A DNA stretch of 31,425 bases. Origin: a virus. Lineage: Duplodnaviria; Caudoviricetes. A model generated the notes under the pieces. It was not told the DNA's origin and did not search any database. It worked only from the letters and a program-made list of their open reading frames with translations. Where the stretch lies: positions 1 to 31,425 of IMG/VR virus record IMGVR_UViG_3300049142_000070. One strand, 5' to 3'. This document shows, piece by piece, positions 13,901 through 23,714 of this stretch. Every line of letters begins with the position of its first letter. Positions within the stretch are counted from its first letter, which is position 1. Both the position numbers and the translations under genes were made by a program.

Positions 13901-14503
13901 CTACTGGGTGAAGCTCACGCCGTCGAGGGACACCCAGGCGCTGGTGGCGAGGGCGCCGGAGCGCGAGGCGTGGGTGATCGAGCCGCCGCTGGACGCCTGG
14001 AGGTAGGCGATGCCGTAGCTGCTGACAGCCAGCAGGTTCTTGTTGGCGCCGGGCCGCAGGGCGGTCGGCAGGGTCAGGGCGGTCGCCGGGGGTGTGGCGC
14101 TGCTCATGCGGACCAGGCCGCGCAGCTCGACGGTGCCGTCGGCCTTCAGGCGGCCCGCCGGCGGCAGGTCCGGGGATACTCCGGCAGTCCAGCCGGAGCC
14201 GACGGTGAGCAGCGTCCAGGCGTCACCGCCCAGCGACCAACGGCCGGGGCAGGTGAAGTTGCCGGAGCTGGATATGTCGATGACCACGGTGTCGTTGACC
14301 GCCGGAACGGGATACGACTCCATGCGGCGGGCGATGACGCCGTCGGTAGTGACGATGGTTCCGTTGCTGTTGACGGTCGCGACCACGGCCAGCCGTGAGT
14401 CTGCGCCGCGGACTTGCGGGCTGGCGGCGCCGGCGTCGATGGCGGCGCCCTGCACGGCGTCCGCGAACGCGACGGCAAGGGCCTGTGTCGACCTGGTCCC
14501 CAT
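13901..14503 (-). CDS. Minor tail protein
   Basis: MGTRSTQ...ARRMESYPVPAVNDTVVI...GTVELRG...TLPTALRP...VSLDGVSF. Confidence 0.75.
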   Translation of the reverse strand: MGTRSTQALAVAFADAVQGAAIDAGAASPQVRGADSRLAVVATVNSNGTIVTTDGVIARRMESYPVPAVNDTVVIDISSSGNFTCPGRWSLGGDAWTLLTVGSGWTAGVSPDLPPAGRLKADGTVELRGLVRMSSATPPATALTLPTALRPGANKNLLAVSSYGIAYLQASSGGSITHASRSGALATSAWVSLDGVSFTQ

Positions 14504-15593
14504 CAGGTTCCCTCCTTCGCCGAAACGGTCTGGAGGGTGAAGGCACCGCTGGAGGTGAGGGAGACGGAGTACGCCTGCACTTGATGCAGTTCCTTGCTGC
14601 CGTCCGGATAGATCACGCGCACGACGTCGCCGGGAGCGAGCGCGGGGTTCGGCAGCAGGGTGATATCGGCAGTCGCGTTGGGTGCACGAAGAGCTGAGAG
14701 GAGCAGCGTGCCCGCAGACAGACACTGGTCCGAGCTCACGAGCGTGCTGGATGTGTGGAAGTAGGGCCGCCTGCCGTAGGGCCCTGACCAGTAAGTTGGC
14801 GACGTGGGGTCATTGTCGGTAACCAGCGCCGACACCGGAGCGACGCCTGTCTCTGTGTTTTCGCCACGGGCCAGGACTGCGTTGAAGACGCCGCCGCTCG
14901 ACATCCCGCGGTTCGCCGAGATGTACACGCCGCCCTCCCCGGCCCCGATTGTCCAGACGGGGGTGGCGCTGGCGAGGTCGGGCAGCGGGGCGATGGTGAA
15001 GACGCCTTCGGGATCCGTAAAGACGTCCGCGCCGATCGCTGCTGCGCACTCGATGGCCGCATCCCACGGGCTGGCGGCGATGTCCCAGGTGCGGGGCCCT
15101 ATCGCCGCGTCCACCGCGAAGTTCACGACGGTTGCGGCCGGCAGTGACCGCTGGATGATGTTGGTGATCGAGCTGACGGCGGTTCCGGAAACACGGTACG
15201 GGGCGGTGAAGGCGTCGTCCGCGACCACCGCCTCTACGCTTTTCCCTCGATGCTCACCGGCCCGTCATCGACGTCGCCATCGACGCTGTCGACCCTGAAA
15301 TAGCCGATGGGGACGAGTTCTTGGGTGCCGTCCGAGTAGGTGACGCCGCGGCTGATCTGGAGCGTCGCGCCGTAGACCGAGAGCTTGTCGGCGGCGGAGC
15401 GCGGAATGAGCGAGGTGTCCTCGATGGTGATTGAGCAGGTGCGGCGTATCTTGCTGCCTCGGTCGACGGTGACGGTGCCGCCAGTGATGTCGAGCGTCTG
15501 CGTGCTGCCGTTCGTCAGGAACAGCTGGGCGCGGGAAATGGGATTGTGTGATTCGGCCAGAGCCGTAAGGAACCTGCTGGACGTCTTGTACAC
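14503..15593 (-). CDS. DUF5047-like tail-tip/hub protein, split by a -1 frameshift at 15240-15246
   Basis: The 5' ORF (MYKTSSRFLTALAESH...GGTVTVDRGSKIRRTC...) continues in the -1 frame as GKSVEAVVADDAFTAPY...PNPALAPGDVV, about 363 aa when joined. Confidence 0.75.
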
Positions 15594-17840
15594 CTAGCCT
15601 CCCCTCGGGTGGTTGAGCAGGAGGTCTTCTCCGGTGGGGTAGCGATCGGCGACCGCTTGCCAGTCCGGCGAACCGCTGAGTACGTCCTGCCAGGACCACC
15701 CGCTCGTACCTCCGGTCCCGATGGAGACGGGGCGGTCAGCCTCAGTCGCGGGCAGGGTCCATACCCTCCAGGCTTCGCCCGCCGGACCCGGCAGGCGTCC
15801 CTCATCGACCTGCCCGACGTTGACGTAAAGATCGTTTACGCCGTTGCCTGGTGGCACCTGCCAGAGAAGGACACCACCGCCGTCCAGAAGCCAGTTCAGA
15901 GCGTCACGTTCGGTGTCGGATTGCGTGTACAGGGATAGATCGCCCTGAAGTCCGCCGCGAACGTCGGAGAGGATCACCGAGTTGCGTCGCCCGCGGACGC
16001 GGTATTCGGTCTGGCTGATCGCTCGCTGCCAGCTGGGGGCCCGCGCAATGAGAACCTGCAGGTTGCGCTGAGGACTCCCGGGGTCCTTCAGCCAGCCGTA
16101 GTCGCCGTTGCCTGCATCCAGCGTCACCGCCTCGGATGTACGGTTCTCGATAAGGCTGCCGCCGCTGTCACGCGTCTCGGTGTAGTAGAAGAAAGGCACA
16201 CCGAGTGGCGCTTCATAGTCTTCGACGACCATCTCCGCGCCCGTGATCTGCTGGGACTGGATCAGGCCGGCGCTGCCCCGCACGAGGGTGCGGGTGCCGT
16301 CGGCGAGCTGGCGCCAGATGGTGATGTAGTCGCCGATCGAAAGCTCGCGCAGGGTGAGCGTGGCCGAGGCCGTGCTGTCGTCGGGGTCGGCCTCGATCTC
16401 GGCGGCGGCTGGCCAGATGGAGACCTGGTCGAGACGCAGCACGCTGTTGGTGGAGGTGGCGGTCAGCGTGTACTCGATCGCGGCCTGCGTTGCATTCGCC
16501 GGAGCCGTGAAGCTGTCGGTGGTCTGCCACCAGTTCGGCGTGGGGGCTGCGGCCGAAGACGATGCGGTCAGGCCAAGGTCGACATTGGTGGCGCTGTACC
16601 AACGGATGCCACGGGTCCACGTCCAGCCGCCCGCCGACGAGTTAGAGAAGGTTTCTAGTCGGAAGCTCCTGCCGGCGGAGTCTGCGGCGAGCGCGAATTT
16701 GGCCGACCTGATCACGCTGGCGGTGGCAGTAGACGACGTGATCGTGCCCGCATAGGCGCCGCCGAAGAAGAAGGTGCCCCATGGCGTGCTCCTGGAGACG
16801 ACCGCAACACCGGACGCCGTCACCCAGCCGGCGACTCCCTGCTCGAAGGAGAAGTCCGCGTAAGGAACGACGCTGCCCGTATGCAACTGAGGTGCGGGCG
16901 TGATGACCACGCCGTCCGCACGCACCACCTGGGCTGCGGTGCCTGACGTGATACCGATCGCCACGTCACAACTGGCCGTATTCGCTGGCGCTTTCGCGGA
17001 GACGAACTGCCGGTACCAACCGGTGCCAGGGGCGGCGAGCGTGCTGCGGGTCGCGGACAGTTGAGTTCCGGCTGCGTTCTGGAACCGAAGCTCGATCCAG
17101 CAGGTCGAGGCTGCGGTTGGCGGGTTGATGTAGGCGTAGGCCATGTACTCCTGGCCCGCGGTCGCGGGAGGCCAGTCGGTGGTGCGGCACCAGGCGTCAC
17201 CGTTGGCCGTGACGGTCATCGCCAGTACCTGGCCGCCAGCCAGGTAGTTGTCGACTGCCCACGACACCATCGGTGTTTGCACGGCGATCGTGCAGTTCTG
17301 CTCGTTGAGCCAGTCGCCGAGGCCGCGCTCCATGGTCTCGGTGCTGAAGGCGAGCATGTTGCCGACGGTGCTGATGGGGAGACCGAGATAGACGTTCTCG
17401 AAGTAGTTGATGACGCCCGCTGCTGCCGGGGTCATCACGGAGACGACGACCTGAGCCTGGGTGGCGGTCGCCGGCGGGACCGCGGCGACACCGATACGGT
17501 GCCACGTCGCCGACGCCGACGCCGTAGTCACCGACCATGAGATGGAGATCTCCGCGTTCGCCGCCGTCAGCCAGCGGATCCCGATGCGTTCCGGCATCGT
17601 GGCGCCGGAAGCATCCGCGAACGCCTGGTACTCGTAGTCCATGCCGGCGATGACCGGGTACGACGCGACGGTGCGGGCCTGCATCTCGCCCGCCGCCAGG
17701 CTGGTCAGCTTCAGCGTGCCGTCGCCGTTCCGGCCGCCCGAGCCCAGCCCGACCGTGCAGTTCGTCTTCGCGACCCAGCCTGACGTGTTCGGGTCGATGG
17801 ACTCCGTCGTCGCGGACAAGAAGTTCCCGGGGATCGCCAT
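15594..17840 (-). CDS. Large minor tail / distal tail protein with three carbohydrate-binding-like modules
   Basis: Follows the tape measure gene. Three repeated beta-sandwich units, then VEDYEAPLGVP...WLKDPGSP. Confidence 0.75.
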   Translation of the reverse strand: MAIPGNFLSATTESIDPNTSGWVAKTNCTVGLGSGGRNGDGTLKLTSLAAGEMQARTVASYPVIAGMDYEYQAFADASGATMPERIGIRWLTAANAEISISWSVTTASASATWHRIGVAAVPPATATQAQVVVSVMTPAAAGVINYFENVYLGLPISTVGNMLAFSTETMERGLGDWLNEQNCTIAVQTPMVSWAVDNYLAGGQVLAMTVTANGDAWCRTTDWPPATAGQEYMAYAYINPPTAASTCWIELRFQNAAGTQLSATRSTLAAPGTGWYRQFVSAKAPANTASCDVAIGITSGTAAQVVRADGVVITPAPQLHTGSVVPYADFSFEQGVAGWVTASGVAVVSRSTPWGTFFFGGAYAGTITSSTATASVIRSAKFALAADSAGRSFRLETFSNSSAGGWTWTRGIRWYSATNVDLGLTASSSAAAPTPNWWQTTDSFTAPANATQAAIEYTLTATSTNSVLRLDQVSIWPAAAEIEADPDDSTASATLTLRELSIGDYITIWRQLADGTRTLVRGSAGLIQSQQITGAEMVVEDYEAPLGVPFFYYTETRDSGGSLIENRTSEAVTLDAGNGDYGWLKDPGSPQRNLQVLIARAPSWQRAISQTEYRVRGRRNSVILSDVRGGLQGDLSLYTQSDTERDALNWLLDGGGVLLWQVPPGNGVNDLYVNVGQVDEGRLPGPAGEAWRVWTLPATEADRPVSIGTGGTSGWSWQDVLSGSPDWQAVADRYPTGEDLLLNHPRGG

Positions 17841-20800
17841 TACCGCCCCCGTCCTGCACTGATGGCCGACACCACAGGCGCCAGGGTGGAGTGGATACGG
17901 CCATCGGCAGCCTGCTCGATGTAAGCGTCGAACTCTCGGTCACGCACGACGAAGCGCACCTTCTGGCCGGCCAGACCGGTACCCCCAACAACCGCGTCCC
18001 CCCACTGCGGGATTGAAGCGGCGGGGATCCCGATCAGGGATCCGATGGACGCGGTCACGCTGCTCTGCCCTCGATCAAGGCCCTGCACGAAGCCCTGAAC
18101 CGTGAAGGCGCCGATTTCGGCGAACACCTTCGAGGGCGAGTGGATACCGAGGAGGCTCTTGGCCCCACTGATGGCGTTGCCCACGACTCCTTGCGCCGCC
18201 GCGACGAGGCTCCCCGCCTTGGCTTCGATACCTGCGATGAAGCCGTTGATGAGCTGAACGCCGGCCGAGAACAAGGCTCCACCGGCGCCGCCAAGAGCAG
18301 CGGCGGCTCGGCCAGGAAGGGAATGAACGGTAGATACCGCACTATCGATCTTGGCGACGATGGCGTTGTGCAACTGGAGCATCTCCGAGTTGGCGCGCGC
18401 ACCGACTCGCTGGCCAAGACCGGCGAGAGCCGCCTGAGCCCTGCCAGGGAGAAGCGCCACCTGCTGCTGGGCACGGTTGACTCCGTCGCCCAGTTGCGCG
18501 ACCAGAGCGACCGCCGCCTCATTGGCCTTCACCTTGATCCCTGAGACCATCTGCGTGAGGATCACGAGGAGCAGCCCCGGCAGCTTGTTCACGGTTTCGA
18601 CGACGAGCTGGACACCCGCGGACGTGGCCTGTTTCGCGAGAGCCCAAGCGGTCGTGAAGTCGCCCTTCATGAGGGCCGTGAACGCTTGGATGGCAGGTAC
18701 GACCACCTCGGTCACCGCCCGCGCGAAGCCTCCCGCCAGTAGCGCCGCGAGCTGGGCCACGCCCTGGATGATCGGGTCGAGGATCGGGAGCATGGCCTGC
18801 AGGCCCGTCGTGACGAACTTGACGAACGACGCGATCAGCGGCTGCAGGGCGACCGCGATCTGGGCGAAGGACTGGCCGATGGATGTCAGAGCGGGCTGCA
18901 GCCCGACGAGCAGCTTGTTCTGCAAGTCCAGGAAAATCGGGGCCAGCTGGCTGAAGAGCTGCATGATCGGCTTCAGCAGCATCGGCAGTACGGACAGCGC
19001 CGGCCCGAGCAACTTCATCGCCGACTCGGCCAGCAGAGCCAACTGGTCGGCGACGCCCTTGATGAACGGTGCCGCCGCGGCGAGGGCGCCGGCGATCAGC
19101 TGGCCAACGACCGTGATCAGCGGGGCCAGGGCGGTGACGACTCGGCCCGCCGCCTGGGCGAGAGAGAGAAGGATCGGGGCGACCGCGCGGACGACGGGCG
19201 TCAGGCCTTCTCCAACTGCCCGGACGACGGTCTGCAGAGGCCCGGCGAGTGCCACAAGGGACGGTCCGACCGCCTTGAGTGCTTCTCCCAGCAGTCGGGC
19301 GCCCGTCTGGCCGACCAGGGCGAGGGTCTGGAACACCGATGTCAGGGCCTGCTGTATGCCCTTGGAGGCAGTGACCTTGGCGAGTTCACCCGTGACGGAC
19401 TTCAGGATGCCGAGGAAGTCCCCGCCAGCCGCAGCCGCGGGACCGAAGACGTTCTTCAGGATGCTGCCGACGTTGCCGAGGACGTCGAACAACGTGCCGA
19501 TCCGCCCGATTGCCTGGTCAATCACGGACGTGAGGCGCCCAGAGGTGAAGGCGCTTGTCAGCCTCTGTGCGACTTTCGTGGCCGCCGAGCCGGCAGACGC
19601 GGTCAGCCGGTCGAACGCTGGGGCCGCAGCGACACCGATCTGCACGAGGCCTGTGACGAGCTGTCCCGGCAGCTTGGTGAGGCTGGCCAGCCCCTTGTTC
19701 GCTCCCGTCAGGGCCTTGCCCAGCTGGCCGCCGCTGGCCAGAGACTTTGCCGCAGACAGCACGCCGAGGGCGACCTGGTTCAGGTTGACGGCAGCACCGG
19801 TCAGGCCCTGCCGGAGAGCTGGCAGGGCTACCTTTGCCGTGGCGGTGATCTGCTTGCCGAGGTTCGCGAACAGCTGCTGCTGTACGGCCTGCTGGAGCGG
19901 CTTGAACTTCGGGGCGATGTCCTTGATGGCGAGGACGAACGCCTGCGCGCTCGGGGCGAGCTTCGCGAGCGCAGCCTGAAAGTCCTTGGCCTTCTTCGGG
20001 TTGAAGGCGTCTTTCAGGGTGTCGCCGACGCCCTTGGTGCCGATCTTGAACGCGGCGGCAGACGCCACCAGCGCAACCAGGCCCGTAGCGCCCAGTGCCG
20101 CGGCGGGAGCCATCTGAATGAGCGCCTGCCCAAGGCTTGCCACGCTCGGCACCGCGGACCCTGCTGACAGGGCAACCTTCGCGATGCCTGCCGCGGACGC
20201 GGCGAGTCCGCCAAGGCTGCCGCTGCCGGACGTACCCAGCTCGCTCAGCCGGCGGCGCAGGTCGGACAGTGAGCCGCGGTCCGCGTCGATACGGGCAGGG
20301 ATCGTGAAGGGCGGTTCGATGTGGGCGAGTTCGCGTCGCAGCCGGGCGATCTCCCCGGCCTTGACCTCCAGGCGTACCGGTACGGACGGGTTGGCATTGG
20401 CCAGCGCCATCTGGTGGCGCAGCCGGTTCTGGAATCCGCGGAAGTCAGGCTCGACCTGAACGAGGAGCTTCTCCCTGATCCGGCCGAGCTCGGCCCGCAG
20501 CTGGCCGCGGAAGCCTGTCACGTCCGGAGCCATACGGATTTTCGCGGTGTTGTTGGCGATGGCAGCCAGCTGGGCCCGCAGTCGCTGCAGGAACTGCGAC
20601 GTGTCCGGGACGACCGGAACCTTCAGACGTCCGACGGTCGCTGCTATTTCAGCGCGGAGCTGCGCCACGAAGGCGCCGGCGTCCGGATCGACGGGAACCT
20701 TCAGGCGCGTCGTGATGGCTGTCAGGCGGGTACGCAGCGCGGTGTCGAATCCACTGACATCCGGCGACACGGGTACCTTGACGCGCGACGTGATGCGCGC

Positions 20801-21211
20801 CATCCGGGCCTGAAGTTCGGAGGAGAAGCCCGTCGTGTCAGGGGTGACCTGCACATTGATCCTGGCCCGGACCCGTGACAGCTCGGCGGAGAGTTCAGCC
20901 GGGAACGCGCCGAGCTCGGGTGATACCGGGACCTTGAGGCGCGCGGACGTGGCGGCCAGACGGGTCCTGAGTTCTTCGGCGAACCGGTCGGCGTTCGGTG
21001 TCACCGGGACTGCCACCTGCGCCCGCACCCGGGCAAGCTGCGCCGAGACTTCGGCAGCAAAGCCAGTGATGTCCGGCAGGATGCGGACCTTCAGCTGGGC
21101 ACGTCGCTCGACACGGTCCAGGTAGGCCTGGAGGGATGTGGAGAAGCGGGAGGTATCGGGCAGGGCCCGGATGCTGATCCGGCCGACTTCGCGGCCGCCA
21201 GGACCCGCCAC
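17840..21211 (-). CDS. Tape measure protein
   Basis: 1123 aa, Ala/Gly/Leu-rich amphipathic helices, C-terminal LGIHSPSKVF; follows the tail assembly chaperones. Confidence 0.93.
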   Translation of the reverse strand: MAGPGGREVGRISIRALPDTSRFSTSLQAYLDRVERRAQLKVRILPDITGFAAEVSAQLARVRAQVAVPVTPNADRFAEELRTRLAATSARLKVPVSPELGAFPAELSAELSRVRARINVQVTPDTTGFSSELQARMARITSRVKVPVSPDVSGFDTALRTRLTAITTRLKVPVDPDAGAFVAQLRAEIAATVGRLKVPVVPDTSQFLQRLRAQLAAIANNTAKIRMAPDVTGFRGQLRAELGRIREKLLVQVEPDFRGFQNRLRHQMALANANPSVPVRLEVKAGEIARLRRELAHIEPPFTIPARIDADRGSLSDLRRRLSELGTSGSGSLGGLAASAAGIAKVALSAGSAVPSVASLGQALIQMAPAAALGATGLVALVASAAAFKIGTKGVGDTLKDAFNPKKAKDFQAALAKLAPSAQAFVLAIKDIAPKFKPLQQAVQQQLFANLGKQITATAKVALPALRQGLTGAAVNLNQVALGVLSAAKSLASGGQLGKALTGANKGLASLTKLPGQLVTGLVQIGVAAAPAFDRLTASAGSAATKVAQRLTSAFTSGRLTSVIDQAIGRIGTLFDVLGNVGSILKNVFGPAAAAGGDFLGILKSVTGELAKVTASKGIQQALTSVFQTLALVGQTGARLLGEALKAVGPSLVALAGPLQTVVRAVGEGLTPVVRAVAPILLSLAQAAGRVVTALAPLITVVGQLIAGALAAAAPFIKGVADQLALLAESAMKLLGPALSVLPMLLKPIMQLFSQLAPIFLDLQNKLLVGLQPALTSIGQSFAQIAVALQPLIASFVKFVTTGLQAMLPILDPIIQGVAQLAALLAGGFARAVTEVVVPAIQAFTALMKGDFTTAWALAKQATSAGVQLVVETVNKLPGLLLVILTQMVSGIKVKANEAAVALVAQLGDGVNRAQQQVALLPGRAQAALAGLGQRVGARANSEMLQLHNAIVAKIDSAVSTVHSLPGRAAAALGGAGGALFSAGVQLINGFIAGIEAKAGSLVAAAQGVVGNAISGAKSLLGIHSPSKVFAEIGAFTVQGFVQGLDRGQSSVTASIGSLIGIPAASIPQWGDAVVGGTGLAGQKVRFVVRDREFDAYIEQAADGRIHSTLAPVVSAISAGRGR

Positions 21212-21215
21212 GAGA

Positions 21216-21650
21216 TCACCCGCCCCTCGTCTGGTTCCTGTATTTCTCAGGCAGAGGCCGTGCCAGCGGATGACTTGCCAGGCTGAAGGGGCGTCGGGGT
21301 TCGGCGTTGCGCGCGGTCATCGACAGGGCAGGCCGCAGTACTCGCTTGGGGGGGGTGATGCGTTTCTTGCTGTTGGACTGGGCAACGACCCAGGCGACGT
21401 CGTTCACGGCGTCGATGAGGGCGGCCTGGAAGTGCCGCTCCAGCGGCCACGCGCGATGCTCCAGTCCGCCGCGCAGCCTGGCCCGGAGCGCCGAATCGTC
21501 GGGACCCTGCTCGATCAGTTCAAGGGCGCGGGCGGGGGCGAGCGATCCGCGCCATACATCGGCGAGGTCCAGGCCCAGCCTCTGAAGGTCGTAGCGGATC
21601 GCGGCCCCGTGCCCGTCGTCTATCAGCTGGCCGAGCTGTCGGCTTCCCCC
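21216..21650 (-). CDS. Tail assembly chaperone, -1 frameshift extension (gpGT-like)
   Basis: Slippery G GGG GAA at 21650-21644 leads into GSRQLGQLIDDGHGAAIRYDLQRLGLDLADVWRG. Confidence 0.85.
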   Translation of the reverse strand, partial: GGSRQLGQLIDDGHGAAIRYDLQRLGLDLADVWRGSLAPARALELIEQGPDDSALRARLRGGLEHRAWPLERHFQAALIDAVNDVAWVVAQSNSKKRITPPKRVLRPALSMTARNAEPRRPFSLASHPLARPLPEKYRNQTRGG

Positions 21651-21979
21651 ACCTGGGTACGCTCCGTCCATCGCTCGATGACCAACAGCAGCATGGGCAG
21701 ATCCCAGGAGTCGACGGCATCCTTGATCGCGCCCGGATTGTCGGCGACCAGCTTCAACAGGTCGCGAATCACTCGCTCCTGGTGGCCGAGCTGGTCGAGC
21801 TCCTGCCCGTCAGCCGTTTCCTTCTTGTCGAGGGAGTCGAGCATCACCTGGGCGGTGCGCCGCGCCTGATCATTCAGTCGCAACAGGTTCTGGAGGTGCA
21901 CGACCGTGCCGTCCTCCAGCTCGAGCGGCAGGTCGGTGTACTTCTCTTCGGCCTCTCGGCGCAGGTCTGCGACCTTCAT
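21623..21979 (-). CDS. Tail assembly chaperone (gpG-like)
   Basis: MKVADLRREAEEKY...LQNLLRL...RTQVGEADSSAS; lies between the major tail and tape measure genes. Confidence 0.88.
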   Translation of the reverse strand: MKVADLRREAEEKYTDLPLELEDGTVVHLQNLLRLNDQARRTAQVMLDSLDKKETADGQELDQLGHQERVIRDLLKLVADNPGAIKDAVDSWDLPMLLLVIERWTERTQVGEADSSAS

Positions 21980-22017
21980 CTGGGGTCCCTTCACTACGTG
22001 GTCCCGTGCAGATGGGC

Positions 22018-22049
22018 CCTCCCGCCCGGGGGACCAGCCGGGCGGGAGG
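22018..22049 (-). terminator. 12-bp hairpin after the major tail gene (attenuator or mRNA stabiliser)
   Basis: CCTCCCGCCCGG-N8-CCGGGCGGGAGG. Confidence 0.55.
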
Positions 22050-22056
22050 AGTTGGG

Positions 22057-22620
22057 TCAGGAGCTGGCGCCCACACCGATCGCCGACCATTCGCCGATCG
22101 CGTTGCCGATCAGGGAGCTGCCCAGGAAGGTGGCGGTGATCGGGTAGGTCAGGAAGTAGTCCGTAGCCATGCCGACCGCGTCGGAACCGAGCAGGGAGGC
22201 CCGGGGGTGCCACAGCGGAACGAAACTCTCGCCGTCGACGATCACGAACAGCAGCGATTTGACCTGCGGCACCGGCTGAGACGGAATGCGGAACGAGCCG
22301 TCGGACTGCGTGGCCTCCGGCCCCGCGCCGAAGTACAGCTGGTAGGTCTCGATGCTGGACTGCACCGACTGGAAGGTCACGGTGTATGTGACGTTCGGGC
22401 TGGTCTGGCGGAGCTTGCTGTTCTGCCAGGTGCCAATCGTGGTCGGGTCGTCACCGTCGCGGCCGAATTCGGGCAGGTCGTTGAGGCTGGTGTGGCCGAT
22501 GCTGACCCAGCCGGCGCCTGGAGCCAGGGGATCGGTGATCGTGGGCTTCGCCGTGTCCGGGTCGGCCATGTAGATGTAGCCACTTCCTGCGACCAGGGCG
22601 GCGGCATCGTTCTGAGGCAT
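22057..22620 (-). CDS. Major tail (tube) protein
   Basis: MPQNDAAALVAGSGYIY...W.SIGHTS...GGD/DGDD..TIGTWQNSKLR; strong AAGGAGA RBS. Confidence 0.9.
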   Translation of the reverse strand: MPQNDAAALVAGSGYIYMADPDTAKPTITDPLAPGAGWVSIGHTSLNDLPEFGRDGDDPTTIGTWQNSKLRQTSPNVTYTVTFQSVQSSIETYQLYFGAGPEATQSDGSFRIPSQPVPQVKSLLFVIVDGESFVPLWHPRASLLGSDAVGMATDYFLTYPITATFLGSSLIGNAIGEWSAIGVGASS

Positions 22621-22684
22621 GAGGGTTCTCCTTGTCGCCCTTCGGGCACGGGGTGGGCCGCTGGTCCCGAGCGGCGTGCAGTTC

Positions 22685-23119
22685 TCAGACCGGCAGGGGC
22701 CTGGAGGTAATGCGATAGGTGGCCGTGAATCGGAATGCGTCGGTGTGCAGGACAGGGCCTGGAGAGCGGTCCTCCGCCGGCCCGGACACGTCGAAGAAGT
22801 GCGACAGGTAACCACCTGCCGCCTCGCTGGCGAATTGCGCCGCGCACTGCTCGAAGAGGATCGCCCTGCTCTGCCTGGCCAGTAGCGAGGCATCGGGGCG
22901 GCTGGCCGCGCATGCCGTGACCGTGACGAGCGCTGACTCCAGGAATCGCACATCGCTCGCGGCGCCGCCAGGGATGCGTCGGGCTACCGTCAGGGGGCGC
23001 CGCGCGTACCAGTCGTCAGGCCACAGATTCCAGACTGTTGCTGTCAGCCCGTGTGCTGCGTAGCCCGCCGCCAAGGCCTTCCGCACCAAGTCGTCGGTGT
23101 CAGGGAGGACCGGGGTCAC
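22685..23119 (-). CDS. Tail terminator / completion protein
   Basis: Synteny before the major tail gene; RRIPGG motif. Confidence 0.75.
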   Translation of the reverse strand: MTPVLPDTDDLVRKALAAGYAAHGLTATVWNLWPDDWYARRPLTVARRIPGGAASDVRFLESALVTVTACAASRPDASLLARQSRAILFEQCAAQFASEAAGGYLSHFFDVSGPAEDRSPGPVLHTDAFRFTATYRITSRPLPV

Positions 23120-23397
23120 AGTCCGGCCTCGAAGGCGTGCACGCCCTCCACCATGCGGCCGTTGGCCGCCTGGTGGCCGTAGTTCTTGGACAGGGCGTTC
23201 GGGTCGTCGGAGTAGATGATGGTGTCCGTGCTGCCCTGCTCCACCTTGATGGAGCTCAGGAATGCACCGCTGTCCGAGTGGCCCGCAGCCACGGCGCGGA
23301 CACGTGCCGCCCGCGCCTCGGCCTCGCGGTGCACGGCGGCCACCACGCCCGGCAGGTGGGCGATGTAGGAGTCCAGGTCCGGGTTCAGGCTGGCCAC
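23116..23397 (-). CDS. Neck / tail-completion protein (DUF5403-like)
   Basis: IAHLPGV...SDDPNALSKNYGH motif; GGAGG RBS. Confidence 0.7.
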   Translation of the reverse strand: MASLNPDLDSYIAHLPGVVAAVHREAEARAARVRAVAAGHSDSGAFLSSIKVEQGSTDTIIYSDDPNALSKNYGHQAANGRMVEGVHAFEAGL

Positions 23398-23399
23398 GG

Positions 23400-23714
23400 T
23401 CACCTCCTGCGGATCAGGGCAGTTGTGTGGGCGACGCGGGGGGAGGCCGACCACTTCTCGGGCTGGCCGACCACAGTCCAGTCGGCGCCGTCCCAGCTCA
23501 CGCGGTCCCAAGGGCCTGCAGGCAAGGCGCGGCCGATGACGCGGACAGTAGTGTCCGTGGCGTATCCGTCGGCGCTGTCGGGGTCGGAGGTGCTGGGCTG
23601 CAGTAGGCACCGGACGCTGACCGGAGACCCGGCGGGTCCGCGGGTTCCGTCCGCCTTCACGGGGCCTGCGGGATACACGGTGATCACGTGAGGCCCGGAG
23701 TCGAGCAGGCTCAT
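23400..23714 (-). CDS. Head-to-tail stopper
   Basis: MSLLDSGPHVITVYP...PAGPWDRVSWDGADWTVVGQP...SPRVAHT. Confidence 0.8.
   Translation of the reverse strand: MSLLDSGPHVITVYPAGPVKADGTRGPAGSPVSVRCLLQPSTSDPDSADGYATDTTVRVIGRALPAGPWDRVSWDGADWTVVGQPEKWSASPRVAHTTALIRRR

Noticed and set aside
13301-14503. Invertible tail-fibre cassette served by the serine recombinase
   Set aside because: All tail genes are on one strand, and I saw no flanking inverted repeats or reversed alternative 3' ends.
18477-19979. 500-aa plus-strand ORF and other long plus-strand ORFs across the late region
   Set aside because: Shadow frames of the tape measure and other structural genes, low-complexity Ser/Ala/Pro/Arg.
21644-21650. 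Tail chaperone frameshift as a novelty
   Set aside because: Standard gpG/gpGT -1 frameshift of long-tailed phages; listed as a feature only.
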